Below, in pieces: positions 9,351 to 19,937 of a stretch of 64,000 nucleotides of DNA; position 1 is the first letter of the stretch; every line of letters begins with the position of its first letter. The notes below the pieces were generated by a model. That model searched no databases, was not told the DNA's origin, and was given only the letters and a program-made list of their open reading frames with translations. The stretch comes from Candidatus Latescibacterota bacterium (GTDB lineage: Bacteria > Latescibacterota > UBA2968 > UBA8231): the NCBI GenBank assembly GCA_965203175.1, contig OZ241867.1:6432001-6496000 (forward strand), in the 5' to 3' direction. The position numbers were made by a program, and so were the translations under genes.

Positions 9351-10958
9351 ATGCCCACCCTCTCCCCCACCCACCTCGCCGCCATCGACCGCCGCCGTCG
9401 CCTCATAGTCAATTTCGACGTGACCTTTGCGATCAATGTGCAGCATCGCCGCAACCCGGACCGGCCCGACCTCGTGGAGCATCTGTTCGAGTTTGCCGAC
9501 GCGCCCGGATCGCAGATCGACAGCATTTGGTGGAATTGGGGCGAGGGGAATCAAGCGCCCTATCCGAGCGGACACTTGCCGCTATACGACCATCCGCTCT
9601 ATCAAAAGTGGGCAGACGAAGGGACGGACATCGTCGGCCAAGTTCTTGAAGCGACCCAGCGCCGAGGGCTAGAGTGCTTCTTTTCACATCGCATGAACGG
9701 CTCGGACAACGACCTCGGCCCGTTTGCACGCATCCCCGCGAAAGTCGCGCATCCCGACTGGCTCTTTCGCACGCCTTGGTGTACGCACGAGGACAACGGC
9801 TATTGGAATTTCGCCCTGCCCCAAGTACACGACTACGTCCTGCGCAACTTGCGCGAGGTAATCGAGCGCTGGCCTTTTGACGGGATGGAATTGGACTTTG
9901 CCCGCGGGGTCGTCTTCCCCGCCGGACAAGGCTGGTTCAACCGCGAGAGGCTGACTGAATTCATCGCCCAGTTGCGAGAATTATCATTGGCCGTGGGCGA
10001 GCGGCGCGGGCGGCCCTTTCTCCTCGCCGCCCGCATACCCGAGACGCTCGTGGGCTGCTGCTTCGACGGGATCGATGTCGAGCGCTGGGTCGGCGAGCAA
10101 TTGATCGACTTACTGGCTCTCGGCGTGCGCTCTTTTGAGGTGGATTTGGCAGATTTCCGGCACGTGGTCGCGGGCACCCCAGCCAAGCTCTATCCGTCCA
10201 TAGACGATCACCACGCTACGGACGGCTACCAAAACCCCGGCATCGAAGTGCTGCGCGGAGTGGCGGCCAATTGGTGGCATCAAGGCGCGGACGGCATCCA
10301 CACCTTTAACTTCAACTACGCGACCGACGCCCCGTACGCCGGCCAGGATTGGGCCAGCCATCGCCGCGCCTACCAAGAGTTAGGCGCAGTCACAACGCTC
10401 AACGCCAAGGACAAGCGCTTCGTCGTCCAGCGTCGCGGAGGCGGGCACGGCCCCACCGTGATACCCAACCCCGAGGATTGGGCAACCCCTAGGCACAACT
10501 ACGCCAACACCAACATGCTGGCCCAACTACCCGCGGCCGTACCCAACGACGAGCACACCGATCTCTTGCTGCAAATACACGTGGGCCTCGACCTAGCCGC
10601 CGAGCGAATCGCCGCAGCCGAATTGCGCCTCCTGCTGTCCGACCCAGGCGCAGCGGACTTACCCGAGGCTCAACGCCTATCGCAGGTGCAAGTGGCGACC
10701 ATCGGTCATCCCGACGGGGAACTCGTCAATATCCCGGCGGCGCAAGGTGTGGAACAAGCCGTGCAGATACGGCTGAACAATGCGGTGCTGGAGCAGCCGA
10801 CCGTGGACGATGGGTGGTTGATCTGGCCGGTTGAGGGGTTGCTCTTAGCAACCGGCGCGAATCTGGTCGGCATCAGCGCACAGGGACGGGGACTTGACGC
10901 GCCGCAGCTCGTCGTCGAAAAGCTGGAAATAGCTGTGGTGTGCGAGGCTGTGTACTAG
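9351..10958 (+). CDS. Glycoside hydrolase-like TIM-barrel protein (GHL10/DUF187-like)
   Basis: FFSHRMN, WNFALPQV, FDGMELDF, GADGIHTFNF motifs. Confidence 0.6.
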   Translation: MPTLSPTHLAAIDRRRRLIVNFDVTFAINVQHRRNPDRPDLVEHLFEFADAPGSQIDSIWWNWGEGNQAPYPSGHLPLYDHPLYQKWADEGTDIVGQVLEATQRRGLECFFSHRMNGSDNDLGPFARIPAKVAHPDWLFRTPWCTHEDNGYWNFALPQVHDYVLRNLREVIERWPFDGMELDFARGVVFPAGQGWFNRERLTEFIAQLRELSLAVGERRGRPFLLAARIPETLVGCCFDGIDVERWVGEQLIDLLALGVRSFEVDLADFRHVVAGTPAKLYPSIDDHHATDGYQNPGIEVLRGVAANWWHQGADGIHTFNFNYATDAPYAGQDWASHRRAYQELGAVTTLNAKDKRFVVQRRGGGHGPTVIPNPEDWATPRHNYANTNMLAQLPAAVPNDEHTDLLLQIHVGLDLAAERIAAAELRLLLSDPGAADLPEAQRLSQVQVATIGHPDGELVNIPAAQGVEQAVQIRLNNAVLEQPTVDDGWLIWPVEGLLLATGANLVGISAQGRGLDAPQLVVEKLEIAVVCEAVY

Positions 10959-11071
10959 CCTTTTGCAAGGCACTCCAGCGGTCGTAGTAAAGCTGGGCTT
11001 TCGGCGCACATCGTGGGCTAACTTCCAGCGCAGCTTGCCCGCGCAAACGACGATACCGTTGTTAGCAAGCC

Positions 11072-11437
11072 ATGGATCGCATTCTACTGGTAGGCTGTGG
11101 CGGCTTTATCGGAGCCGTGTTGCGCTATTTAGTCTCCTTGGGAACCCAGCGCCTGTTGGGCACCCCACTCTACGCCACCCTCGTCGTCAACGTAGTCGGC
11201 TGCCTCGTCATTGGCTTTTTGGGCGGCTTGGCCGAAGAGCGTCAATACCTCAGCCCCCAGCTCCGCCTATTCCTCTTCGTCGGCATCCTCGGCGGCTTCA
11301 CCACCTTTTCATCCGTGGCCTACGAGACCGCACAAATACTGCGCGCAGGTCAGGTGCCAGCCGCCTTAGTCCACATTGGCCTACAACTGCTGCTGGGTAT
11401 TCCCGCTGTATTCGTCGGGTATTGGGCAGCCCGCTAG
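11072..11437 (+). CDS. crcB: Fluoride efflux channel CrcB/FluC
   Basis: GGFIGAVLRY, TLVVNVVGC, GILGGFTTFSS; 121 aa, 4 TM. Confidence 0.95.
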   Translation: MDRILLVGCGGFIGAVLRYLVSLGTQRLLGTPLYATLVVNVVGCLVIGFLGGLAEERQYLSPQLRLFLFVGILGGFTTFSSVAYETAQILRAGQVPAALVHIGLQLLLGIPAVFVGYWAAR

Positions 11438-12222
11438 TCGCCTAGCCCGCGCAAATACGCCAAGCTCGCGGGCGCGGCTTCGCGCAAACTGGCCTGACGA
11501 TAGACCTTGACCGAGGCAAAACCCGCGTAGCCAATGGCGTCCAAAGCCGCGAGCACGGCCTTGAAGTCGAGGTGGCCGCTGCCCAGCACGCCGCCGTTGC
11601 TCTCGCACAAATGGACGTGCCGCAGCGCGTCGCCGCAGTCGAAAATGGGCTGGGTCAACGACTTTTCTTCAATGTTCATGTGAATCGTATCGACCATCGG
11701 CCTAAAAGTCGGCACGCCAATGCGCTCAATCAGGGCGCGCACCTCGCCGACGGAATTGTTAAACCCCACTTGCAGGTGATTGATCGGCTCGACGACCAAG
11801 TCCACGCCCGCGTCTTGCGCGGCCAAACCCACTTCGCACAGGCCAGCAGCAATGCGCTCGTTGGCCACCTCAGCGTCGGGCTCGTCCTCGCGCAAGCCCT
11901 GCAAAAGTCCGACGACGAGAATGGCACTGAAACGCTGGGCAATCGGCAGGTACTCCCGCAGCCTAGCGACGGCACCGGCGCGCCGATGCGGATCGGCCAC
12001 ACTCAAGCACAGCCCCTCGGTATAGGCAGCCCCGGTCAAAAGCGACGGCACCACCAAGCCGCACGCCTCCACCGAGCGCTCAATCGCGTCTAATTGACCA
12101 AGCACCGCAGGCGTCAAGTTCAACTCGACGCCCTCGTACCCACAGTCCCGAATGAAGTCCAACCCAGCGGCGAAATCGCCCCCGAGATCCGCAAAGTCGA
12201 TTACCATATAGCTGTAGCGCAT
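11434..12222 (-). CDS. Sugar phosphate isomerase/epimerase (xylose isomerase-like TIM barrel)
   Basis: GYEGVEL, VVEPINH, DTIHMNIEE, HVHLCESNGGVLGSGHLDF. Confidence 0.88.
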   Translation of the reverse strand: MRYSYMVIDFADLGGDFAAGLDFIRDCGYEGVELNLTPAVLGQLDAIERSVEACGLVVPSLLTGAAYTEGLCLSVADPHRRAGAVARLREYLPIAQRFSAILVVGLLQGLREDEPDAEVANERIAAGLCEVGLAAQDAGVDLVVEPINHLQVGFNNSVGEVRALIERIGVPTFRPMVDTIHMNIEEKSLTQPIFDCGDALRHVHLCESNGGVLGSGHLDFKAVLAALDAIGYAGFASVKVYRQASLREAAPASLAYLRGLGD

Positions 12223-12311
12223 CGCTGTCTCCAAGTGAGTGGAAAAGTGGCGGCCAACCGCCGCCGTGTCTAAGTTACTCCATTCCATTTAGCCCCAACA
12301 GCGGAGCGCAC

Positions 12312-13214
12312 GTGCGATACCGACGATTCGGCAAAACGAACTGGCAAGTCAGCGAAATCGCCATGGGTGGGTCTTGGTTCTACGGACGCCCAGAATACGG
12401 CCTCCTGCCGGTGGCGCACGGAGTCGCCATGGTCGAGCGCGCCCTCGAATTGGGCATCAACTACTTCGACACCGCCCCGCTCTACGGCCAAGGCCGCAGC
12501 GAAAAGGTCCTCGGCCACGCCCTCAAAGGCGTTGACGCGCCCTATTATCTGGCGACCAAGGTAGGCTATTTTCCCGCACCCTTCGACTACACCCGCGACA
12601 CCGTGTGGCGGGGGTTTGAGGCCAGCCTCCTGCGCTTGCAACGCGACTCGGTCGATCTGTTGCAACTCCACGAGGCCGAGCAGGCGGGCTGGGAGGGCAT
12701 CTTCGGTCGGGGGCGCGCCCTAGAGGCCATGCTCGAAATCCACGACCAAGGACTCGCACAACACATCGGCCTCACCGGCTCGGACCTAGAATTGATGCGC
12801 GATGTCCTCGCCGAGTGCGACGATTTCGTCTCGGTGATCACCTTTCTCAAATACGACCTGCTGGTGCAGACAGCCAAGGAAATCCTCCTGCCCACCGCGG
12901 CTGCCCGCGACGTCGCCATCATCCTCGCCTCGCCACTGCACGCCGGCCTGCTCGGCTCCAAGCGCGACGCCTGGAAGGAGATCGGCCGCTTTGCCGAACT
13001 CTATCCCAAACTCGAAAAAGTTGCAGCCCTGCTCGCCGACGAACCCGGCGACATGCCCGACCACGGGCTGCGCTACTTGCTGTCGGACCCCCAAGTCTCC
13101 GTGCTGCTCACCGGCGCTGCAACAATAGACGAACTCAAAGTCTCCGTGGCCGTTTCTGACGGTCGCTACCTATCACCCGAACTCATCACCCGCATCGAAG
13201 CACTCACCCCTTGA
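12312..13214 (+). CDS. Aldo/keto reductase
   Basis: YRRFGKT, GINYFDTAPLYG, LATKVG, SLLRLQRDSVDLLQLH. Confidence 0.93.
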   Translation: MRYRRFGKTNWQVSEIAMGGSWFYGRPEYGLLPVAHGVAMVERALELGINYFDTAPLYGQGRSEKVLGHALKGVDAPYYLATKVGYFPAPFDYTRDTVWRGFEASLLRLQRDSVDLLQLHEAEQAGWEGIFGRGRALEAMLEIHDQGLAQHIGLTGSDLELMRDVLAECDDFVSVITFLKYDLLVQTAKEILLPTAAARDVAIILASPLHAGLLGSKRDAWKEIGRFAELYPKLEKVAALLADEPGDMPDHGLRYLLSDPQVSVLLTGAATIDELKVSVAVSDGRYLSPELITRIEALTP

Positions 13215-13227
13215 GAAGGAATAGCAC

Positions 13228-14259
13228 ATGAAACCTGTCCGCGTCGGCTGCATCGGCCTCGGCTGGATCACCCAAAGGGCGCACCTTCCGGCGTTAGCTG
13301 CCCTCGCCGAGGAAGGCCAAGTCGTCTTCCAAGCATTCTGCGACAAAAGCGAGGAAACCCTCCAAGAACAAGCGGCCGTGTACAAGCCTCTTTCGACCTA
13401 TACGGACCACCACCAGATGTTCGCAGAGCAGGAACTCGACGCCGTGTACCTATCCATTCCGCCGACTGCACACACCGACGAAGTGCTCATCGCCGCGGAC
13501 CAAGGCGTCGCCCTGTTCGTCGAAAAGCCGCAGACCCTCGACTTAGCGCAAGTCGTCGAATTCAACGCCGCAATCGAAAAAGCCGGCATCGTATCCCAGG
13601 TCGGCTTCGTCTCTCGCTACGAGCCTTCTTCCGCGCCGACCGTGGAGCTATTGCAGCAGCGCACGCCGCGCCACGCCCAAATCCAAAGCTTCTACAGCGG
13701 CCAGCCCATCCGCTATTGGACCAGCCGCTACGAACTCTGCGGCGGCTCCTTCGTCGAAAACACCATCCACAGCGTCGATCTGTTGCGCTACTTGCTCGGC
13801 GACATTGAGGCGGTCTCGGCCTTCTACGTCGAATCCCTGCCCGACGAGCGCATCGAGCCGATGAACCTGCCCCACGTGTACAACGTCAACTACCGCTTCG
13901 AAGGGCGCTTGACGGCCAACGCCAGCGTCTCGCGGGTAATGAGCAACGTCGATTACTCCAAGCGCGAAATCCTCGTCATCAGCGACGACTCGATCATTGA
14001 ATGGAAGCCACAAAAAGTGACGGAAAACGGCGAGGTAGTGTGGGAGGCCAAAGAAGAACCGCAATCTCGCGGGGCTTTCTTCACCCAAGCCCGCGCCTTT
14101 ATCGCCGCGGTCCAAGCCGGCGACCCTTCCATGACACGCAGCCCCTACGTCCCTTCCCTCAACAGCCTAGCCGCCGTTTTGGGGGCCAATGCCTCGGCCG
14201 AAAGCGGCGGCGAGTTGGTCCTCCTCAGCGACCTAATCGGCGCAGCCACCCAAGGATAG
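13228..14259 (+). CDS. Gfo/Idh/MocA family oxidoreductase
   Basis: GCIGLG Rossmann motif, FVEKP, GGSFVENTIHSVD. Confidence 0.92.
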   Translation: MKPVRVGCIGLGWITQRAHLPALAALAEEGQVVFQAFCDKSEETLQEQAAVYKPLSTYTDHHQMFAEQELDAVYLSIPPTAHTDEVLIAADQGVALFVEKPQTLDLAQVVEFNAAIEKAGIVSQVGFVSRYEPSSAPTVELLQQRTPRHAQIQSFYSGQPIRYWTSRYELCGGSFVENTIHSVDLLRYLLGDIEAVSAFYVESLPDERIEPMNLPHVYNVNYRFEGRLTANASVSRVMSNVDYSKREILVISDDSIIEWKPQKVTENGEVVWEAKEEPQSRGAFFTQARAFIAAVQAGDPSMTRSPYVPSLNSLAAVLGANASAESGGELVLLSDLIGAATQG

Positions 14260-14265
14260 ATCTCC

Positions 14266-15762
14266 ATGCAACCCCAACTCACGCCCTTTCTCGACTGGTA
14301 CGGCATCTGGCCCTCCCATCGCAAACTCGAAGACGACGGCACCGTTTGGTCCCAAGATCCGCCCCAAGGCATTGAACTCGTGCCCGAACTGGCGCGCAAA
14401 TCCGAGGTCTTTTTCCACAAGGAGCGCCCTTGGGAACAAGGAGCCAATCTCCACACCAACGCCATGCTGCACGACGGAGGGCGCTACCGCCTCTGGTACG
14501 GCGTGCAACGCTTGGAAGACATCACGCGCTCGTATGTCTGCTACGCCGAAAGCGACGACGGCTTTACCTGGCAGCGGCCGGAGTTGGGCTTGTGCGAGTA
14601 CGAAGGCTCTACCCGCAACAACATCATCTGCGCGGACCGCGACCATCCCCTCGGCTGGGTGTTCATCGACCCCAGTGCCCCAGCGGCCGAGCGCTACAAA
14701 GCCGTCGGCCCGGGAGCGAACTACTTCCGCGACGGCAAGCCCGACCCGGAAATGGACTCCGCGCGCTTCAAGGCCCTGCTCGCAGCCCGCGACTTGGGCG
14801 ATGTGTCGGCCGGGGAAAAGGCCCAGGGGATTGAGATTCGGCAGCAACTCCACGGCGCGACCTCTGCCGACGGCATCCACTGGCAGAACCTCTGCGCGCC
14901 CGTCTTCGACGCCGGCGCGACCCAGCTAGACACCCACAACCTCTGCGTGTACGACCCCCACCAAGAGCAATACATAGCGTATCTGCGCGGCCATATCGAT
15001 CGCCGGCGCTTGGTGCGCCGCGCCTCGGGCCCGCAGTTCACATCCCTGGCCGATCCGCACCCCTGCCTCCTGCCCGACCCCTTGGACGCGCTCGACGACG
15101 ACATCTACAACCCTTGCTACACGCCGTATCCGGGTACGCAGCCGCGCTACCTGATGTTCCCGTCGATATACCATCGAATCGCCTCTACGGTCGATGTCCA
15201 GCTCGCGGTCAGCCGCGATAACCACCAATGGATCCGGCCCTTTCGCCAGCCCATCATCGACCGCACCTATGAGGGGGGAACGTACGGCCAGCTCTACGCC
15301 AGCCCGAATCTCATCGCCGCCAACGGCACTTGGCGGCTGCCTTTTAGAGGCTACCAACGCCGCCACGACTTTCTCCGCCGTGGCGCTGAGTCGTACCCCG
15401 AGGATGGAGAATTTCGCTGGGCCTGTTGGGAGCCGGATCGGCTCGCGGGAATAGAAGCCAAAGGCGAGGGGCGAGTCACGCTCATCGAGCGGCCGTGCTC
15501 CGGCCGCGAGCTGCTGCTCAACTTTCGCACGGCTGCGGACGGCTGGATCAAGACCGAAATCGTCCAGACCATTCACACCCCACCCCAGCCCGTAGAAGCC
15601 CACCCCGGCTTTTCGCTCGCCGAGGCCGAACCCCTCGCGGGCGATTCCATTTCCGAGGCCGTGCGCTGGCGGGGCCAAACCGACTTATCCGCCCTCTCAG
15701 GCGAAAACGTCGGCCTCCGCTTTCACCTGTACAAAGCCAAGCTGTTTTCAGTATCTATTTGA
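14266..15762 (+). CDS. Hypothetical protein, probable five-bladed beta-propeller glycosidase-like fold
   Basis: YRLWY, CYAESDDGFTWQRP, TSADGIHW, LAVSRDNHQW Asp-box-like repeats; C-terminal LRFHLYKAKLFS beta-sandwich. Confidence 0.55.
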   Translation: MQPQLTPFLDWYGIWPSHRKLEDDGTVWSQDPPQGIELVPELARKSEVFFHKERPWEQGANLHTNAMLHDGGRYRLWYGVQRLEDITRSYVCYAESDDGFTWQRPELGLCEYEGSTRNNIICADRDHPLGWVFIDPSAPAAERYKAVGPGANYFRDGKPDPEMDSARFKALLAARDLGDVSAGEKAQGIEIRQQLHGATSADGIHWQNLCAPVFDAGATQLDTHNLCVYDPHQEQYIAYLRGHIDRRRLVRRASGPQFTSLADPHPCLLPDPLDALDDDIYNPCYTPYPGTQPRYLMFPSIYHRIASTVDVQLAVSRDNHQWIRPFRQPIIDRTYEGGTYGQLYASPNLIAANGTWRLPFRGYQRRHDFLRRGAESYPEDGEFRWACWEPDRLAGIEAKGEGRVTLIERPCSGRELLLNFRTAADGWIKTEIVQTIHTPPQPVEAHPGFSLAEAEPLAGDSISEAVRWRGQTDLSALSGENVGLRFHLYKAKLFSVSI

Positions 15763-16294
15763 GGCGGCCCGCAAATACCTCGGCGAACCGCTCCTCGGCG
15801 ATGCCGCCCAAGCGCTGCGCCATGCGCTCAAATGCGTCGCGGCGATAGTCCCATTGGCCCCACCGCGCCACCTGCTCCAGCCAGTCGCACAGGTGGATCG
15901 TCACTAGGTCGTTGAAATCCTGCTCGTTCATCTCGATGGAACCGCCAGTCAGACGATCTTGGAGCACGTAGGGAGCACCGTGCTGCTCCACGGCGGCGTC
16001 GAACGTGCCGCGCACCATGGCGCAATTGACGTACGCCAAGTATTCGGCTTGTTCGCCGATGAGTTCCCGCACTTCAGCGCGACGCTCGACGGGCAGGGTA
16101 AAATCCTGGAAAATCTCGGTGCCGTATATGGAGTGAAAGAGCGCCGCGTGGCACATCACATCGTCACCCCCCCATTTCCTCATATCGCCATGCACGCCGA
16201 TGCAGTGAGCCAAGTACGTCTTGTTGGTGTGCCCCACATCGGCAGCGCCAATTTCCCTAAAAAATCCAGTCATTTCTTTAAAACTAGCAGCCAT
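15755..16294 (-). CDS. DUF6817-like HD-related protein
   Basis: HTNKTYLAH...AALFHSIYGTE...RELIGEQAE motif. Confidence 0.65.
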   Translation of the reverse strand: MAASFKEMTGFFREIGAADVGHTNKTYLAHCIGVHGDMRKWGGDDVMCHAALFHSIYGTEIFQDFTLPVERRAEVRELIGEQAEYLAYVNCAMVRGTFDAAVEQHGAPYVLQDRLTGGSIEMNEQDFNDLVTIHLCDWLEQVARWGQWDYRRDAFERMAQRLGGIAEERFAEVFAGRLK

Positions 16295-16303
16295 AGCGTC
16301 GTC

Positions 16304-17500
16304 CTATGCGTTTGAGGATTGAAGCGGGCGGTCGGCAATCGGCAGGTGGAGCAGCGCTGCCACCACGCCGAGGGCAATCGCCAACCACCAGACGGGATCG
16401 TACGACCCCGTCGCATCGTAGAGCAGGCCAGCCAGCCAGACGCCCAAGAAACTGCCGGCCTGATGACTGAAAAAGACAATCCCGTACAGCGTTGACAAGT
16501 AGCGCGCCCCGAATATCTGCGCCACAGTCCCGCTGGTCAACGGCACAGTCGCCAGCCACAAGAAGCCAATCAGGCCGCCGAAGAGCAGGGCGGAAAAGCT
16601 GGTCAGGGGGACGAAGAGAAACAAGCCGATGACCACGGCGCGGCTGAAGTAGAGCGCGCTCAACAAATATTTCTTGCGGTAGCGGTCGCCCAGCCAGCCA
16701 AACAAAGACGAGCCGAAGATGTTGCACAGGCCAATCAGCGACAACGCCGTGGCCCCGATCATGCGCGACAGGCCACCGTCGGTGAGGAACGAAGGCAAGT
16801 GCGTGGCAATAAAGGCGACGTGGAAGCCGCAGACAAAGAACCCCGCGTTGAGCAGCCAATAGCCCGAATGGCCCCGCGCTCTGACCAGCGCCTGCAGCAG
16901 CGTGCCCTCGCCGTGCGGCCGAGCCGCGTGCGTGCTGGGCTGGCGCGGAAAGCCAAAGGCCAACAGCACAACCCAGCCAATCAAGGCCGCGCTGACTACA
17001 AAGGACGCTTGCCAACCCGCGTGGACGATCACCCACTGCAACCCAGGCACCAAGGCGAAAGTCCCAAAAGAACCGGCCGCGGTGACGATGCCAAACACCG
17101 TACTTCGGTTTGCCGGATGGACGACGCGGGCAACGGCCCCCAGCACTACCACATACGTCGTGCTGCCGAGCCCCAGTCCGATGATCAGCCCCAGCGTCAG
17201 GTACAAATCGAGCGGGCCGTTGCTAGCCGGCACCAGCAGGCAACCGGCCGCGTAGAGCAGCGCGCCCCCCAGCACGACCCACCGCGCCCCATAGCGGTCG
17301 GCGATTATCCCGAACAAGGGCAGACCGAAGACCACGTTTTGCAGCGCTATGGCTAGGCTGAACACTTCGCGCCCCAAGCTCAAGCTGTCGCTAATCGGCT
17401 GTAGAAAGAGGCCAAACGACTGACGGATCCCCATGCTGGCGAGGACCGTCAACGCACTGAAGAGCACGATGATCGTCGTCTGGCGATTCGCAGCAGCCAT
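16304..17500 (-). CDS. MFS transporter
   Basis: GIIADRYGAR and GWLGDRYRKK motif A; ~12 TM; GFFVCGFHVAFIATHLP. Confidence 0.93.
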   Translation of the reverse strand: MAAANRQTTIIVLFSALTVLASMGIRQSFGLFLQPISDSLSLGREVFSLAIALQNVVFGLPLFGIIADRYGARWVVLGGALLYAAGCLLVPASNGPLDLYLTLGLIIGLGLGSTTYVVVLGAVARVVHPANRSTVFGIVTAAGSFGTFALVPGLQWVIVHAGWQASFVVSAALIGWVVLLAFGFPRQPSTHAARPHGEGTLLQALVRARGHSGYWLLNAGFFVCGFHVAFIATHLPSFLTDGGLSRMIGATALSLIGLCNIFGSSLFGWLGDRYRKKYLLSALYFSRAVVIGLFLFVPLTSFSALLFGGLIGFLWLATVPLTSGTVAQIFGARYLSTLYGIVFFSHQAGSFLGVWLAGLLYDATGSYDPVWWLAIALGVVAALLHLPIADRPLQSSNA

Positions 17501-17577
17501 GAAAAGTAGTATAGCCCTTGTCGCACTTGGGACAAGGAACTATGTTTCGGCGCAAAACCTCAAAGGAGTAAACCTCA

Positions 17578-18600
17578 ATGACCTCACAAGCCCAACCCGT
17601 CGTCTTCGTCTCGCTCACCGGCGACGAAGCCATCAAGATCTACGACCTCGACCCCCAATCGGGCGCGCTGGAACTGCGCGCCACCAGTCCGGCGCACGGT
17701 CCGTCGGGCGCGCTCTTTTTGCACCCGTCGCGCCCTGTGCTCTACGACGGCCACGTCGGGGACTCAACCCTCGCCAGCTTCCACCTCGACACCGCATCGG
17801 GTGAGTTGACCCTGATCAACAAGGTGGATACCAGCCTCGACACCCCCGCTCACCTCATTACCGATCCCGCCGGTCGCTTTCTCCTCACCGCTTATTACAC
17901 CGGCGGCGGCGTCACAGTACACCGCTTAGACGACGACGGAGCCATCGGCGACCTCGTCCAGCGCATCGATACGGGCCCCAAGGCACACGCCATCCTGCTG
18001 ACCGAGGACGAGCGCTCTGTCTTTGTGCCCCACGTCTATCCCAACAACAAGACCAGCCAGTTCCGCTTCGACGCCAGCACCGGCCAACTCTCGCCCAACG
18101 ACCCGCCCGTGCTGGCTCCACCGGAAGGAGAACCTGGCCCCCGGCACATCTGCTTCCGTCCGCTCGGCGATGTCGCGTACATCGTCAACGAACAGGGCAA
18201 CACGGTCACCGCCCACCGCTTCGACCCCGAGCGCGGCACCCTCTCCATTTTCCAGGACATCTCGACCCTGCCCGCGGACTATACTGAAGGCGGGCACACC
18301 GCTCACGTCGAAGTCCATCCCAACGGCCAGTGGTGCTACGCATCCAATCGCGGCCACGACAGCATCGTCGGCTATAACATCGATGCCGACGGCGCGCTCA
18401 GCCCGTTTGGACACTATCCGGTGCCGGCCAGCCCGCGCTCGTTCAACATCGACCCGACCGGCACGTACCTGTACGGCGCTGGAGAAGCCGCCGACCGCAT
18501 GACCTGTTACCAAATCGATGCAACCAGCGGCGCACTACAGCCCATTGCGGATTACGAAGTGGGCAGTCAGCCGTTTTGGGTCATGGTGACGATCCTTTAG
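17578..18600 (+). CDS. Lactonase family protein (6-phosphogluconolactonase-like, 7-bladed propeller)
   Basis: GPRH, YIVNE, YASNRGHDSI, PRSFNIDP; AGGAG RBS. Confidence 0.9.
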   Translation: MTSQAQPVVFVSLTGDEAIKIYDLDPQSGALELRATSPAHGPSGALFLHPSRPVLYDGHVGDSTLASFHLDTASGELTLINKVDTSLDTPAHLITDPAGRFLLTAYYTGGGVTVHRLDDDGAIGDLVQRIDTGPKAHAILLTEDERSVFVPHVYPNNKTSQFRFDASTGQLSPNDPPVLAPPEGEPGPRHICFRPLGDVAYIVNEQGNTVTAHRFDPERGTLSIFQDISTLPADYTEGGHTAHVEVHPNGQWCYASNRGHDSIVGYNIDADGALSPFGHYPVPASPRSFNIDPTGTYLYGAGEAADRMTCYQIDATSGALQPIADYEVGSQPFWVMVTIL

Positions 18601-19853
18601 TCCAACCCAAGCGCTTCGTCGATGTCCTGCTGATAGGCCCGCACGGCTCCGCCCATAATCTCTTCCATGGACAGCGAACGCCCGGCGTGCGCCGACTCAT
18701 AGGCTCCCACAATCGCCGCCACGGCCTGCATCCCGCCGAAACCATCCACTTCGGGTTGGCCGCCGGTAAGGATGGCTTGGGCAAAGTCGTGGTACTCAAT
18801 GGCTAAGTGCCGGGAGTCGATTTCGTAGAAGGATGTTGCGGAAGGATCGTATTCTACGCCGTCGGCACCAAAGAGGCGCTCGGTGATCTCGTCGAGGTGG
18901 AAATCCGGCAGGAGTTTGAGGATCTCACAGCCTTTTAGCTCCTTGCCTTCTAAGCGCAGCACCACGGGCCGACCATTGCGGTCGCCGGGAGAATAGAGCG
19001 CGCCCCAACGGCCGTGGACGCTGCGCTCCCTTCCCCGACCGCCGCGACCCGCCACCAACACGAGCTGCGCCAGCGCACCGGACCGCATCCTGTATAGCGC
19101 GACGACAGAATCCTCGCCCGTGGCCTCTACACTTTCGGGATAGGTCTTGGCCCGCTCGCGGTAGGATTCGAGGGGGTGATCGTCGTACCCTTCTGGCCGG
19201 CGCCGCACCGGCTCGACGATGAAGCCACCGCCGAAGACGTGCGCGTAGTCCCCCATGTAGTATTGGATGATGTCGCCGTAGTGGACGCCCATGTCCAAGC
19301 CAATGGCCCCCTTTTCCTTGAGATGGCGCCAAGGCGTAATGGTTATGCGGTCGCTGCCACCGGCCGACGCCTGTATCATCAAAAAGGGATCCCCGAGTAG
19401 GCCGGACTCGACGATGGCCCGCGCCAAGCGATTGGGCGGGTCGCGGCGGTAGTTTTCGGCTGTGGCCAGCACGGCATTGCCGGTGCGGGCCGCGTCGATC
19501 ATGGCTTGGCAGGCGCGCATGGTAATGCCGAGGGGCTTTTCCACCAGCGCGTGCTTACCGGCCAACAGGGCCGGTACGGCCACCTGGTGGTGCGTTGAGC
19601 CGTCGGTAACCACATCGACAGCTAGGATATCATCGCGCTTGAGCATCGAATCCATATCCGTAAAGATCAGCGGCTCGCGTCCGAACAGCCGCTGCACTTC
19701 GCGGGCGGCGAACTCGGCGTTCGCCCGGTTCACATCGCAGACAGCCACCAATTCGACATTGCCAATGCCGCTGTCTTCTAACACCTTGTAGGCCAAGATG
19801 TGGCGATGGCCCATGCCGCCGCAGCCGACGACGCAAAGCGGTACTTTTTCCAT
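18597..19853 (-). CDS. Gfo/Idh/MocA family oxidoreductase
   Basis: VVGCGGMG, HALVEKPL, DMGVHYGD. Confidence 0.92.
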   Translation of the reverse strand: MEKVPLCVVGCGGMGHRHILAYKVLEDSGIGNVELVAVCDVNRANAEFAAREVQRLFGREPLIFTDMDSMLKRDDILAVDVVTDGSTHHQVAVPALLAGKHALVEKPLGITMRACQAMIDAARTGNAVLATAENYRRDPPNRLARAIVESGLLGDPFLMIQASAGGSDRITITPWRHLKEKGAIGLDMGVHYGDIIQYYMGDYAHVFGGGFIVEPVRRRPEGYDDHPLESYRERAKTYPESVEATGEDSVVALYRMRSGALAQLVLVAGRGGRGRERSVHGRWGALYSPGDRNGRPVVLRLEGKELKGCEILKLLPDFHLDEITERLFGADGVEYDPSATSFYEIDSRHLAIEYHDFAQAILTGGQPEVDGFGGMQAVAAIVGAYESAHAGRSLSMEEIMGGAVRAYQQDIDEALGLD

Positions 19854-19937
19854 AATAGGGTCTCCTGTTGTGTATGCGGAAACTCGTGCGCGGCTACGGG
19901 CATTGTCAAGGGGAAGGCAAAACGCGAGAGGAATACT

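Noticed and set aside
10959-11071. Fluoride riboswitch upstream of crcB
   Set aside because: No GGCGATGG...TAA...TGA(C/T)..CTAC-type consensus is recognisable by eye; an Infernal RF01734 scan would settle it.
10955-11437. CTAG on both sides of crcB as a target duplication
   Set aside because: Only 4 bp and explained by TAG stop codons.
17511-17543. Inverted repeat CCTTGTC-N8-GACAAGG between the divergent MFS and lactonase genes
   Set aside because: It could be an operator, but no regulator is nearby and there is no second copy to support it.
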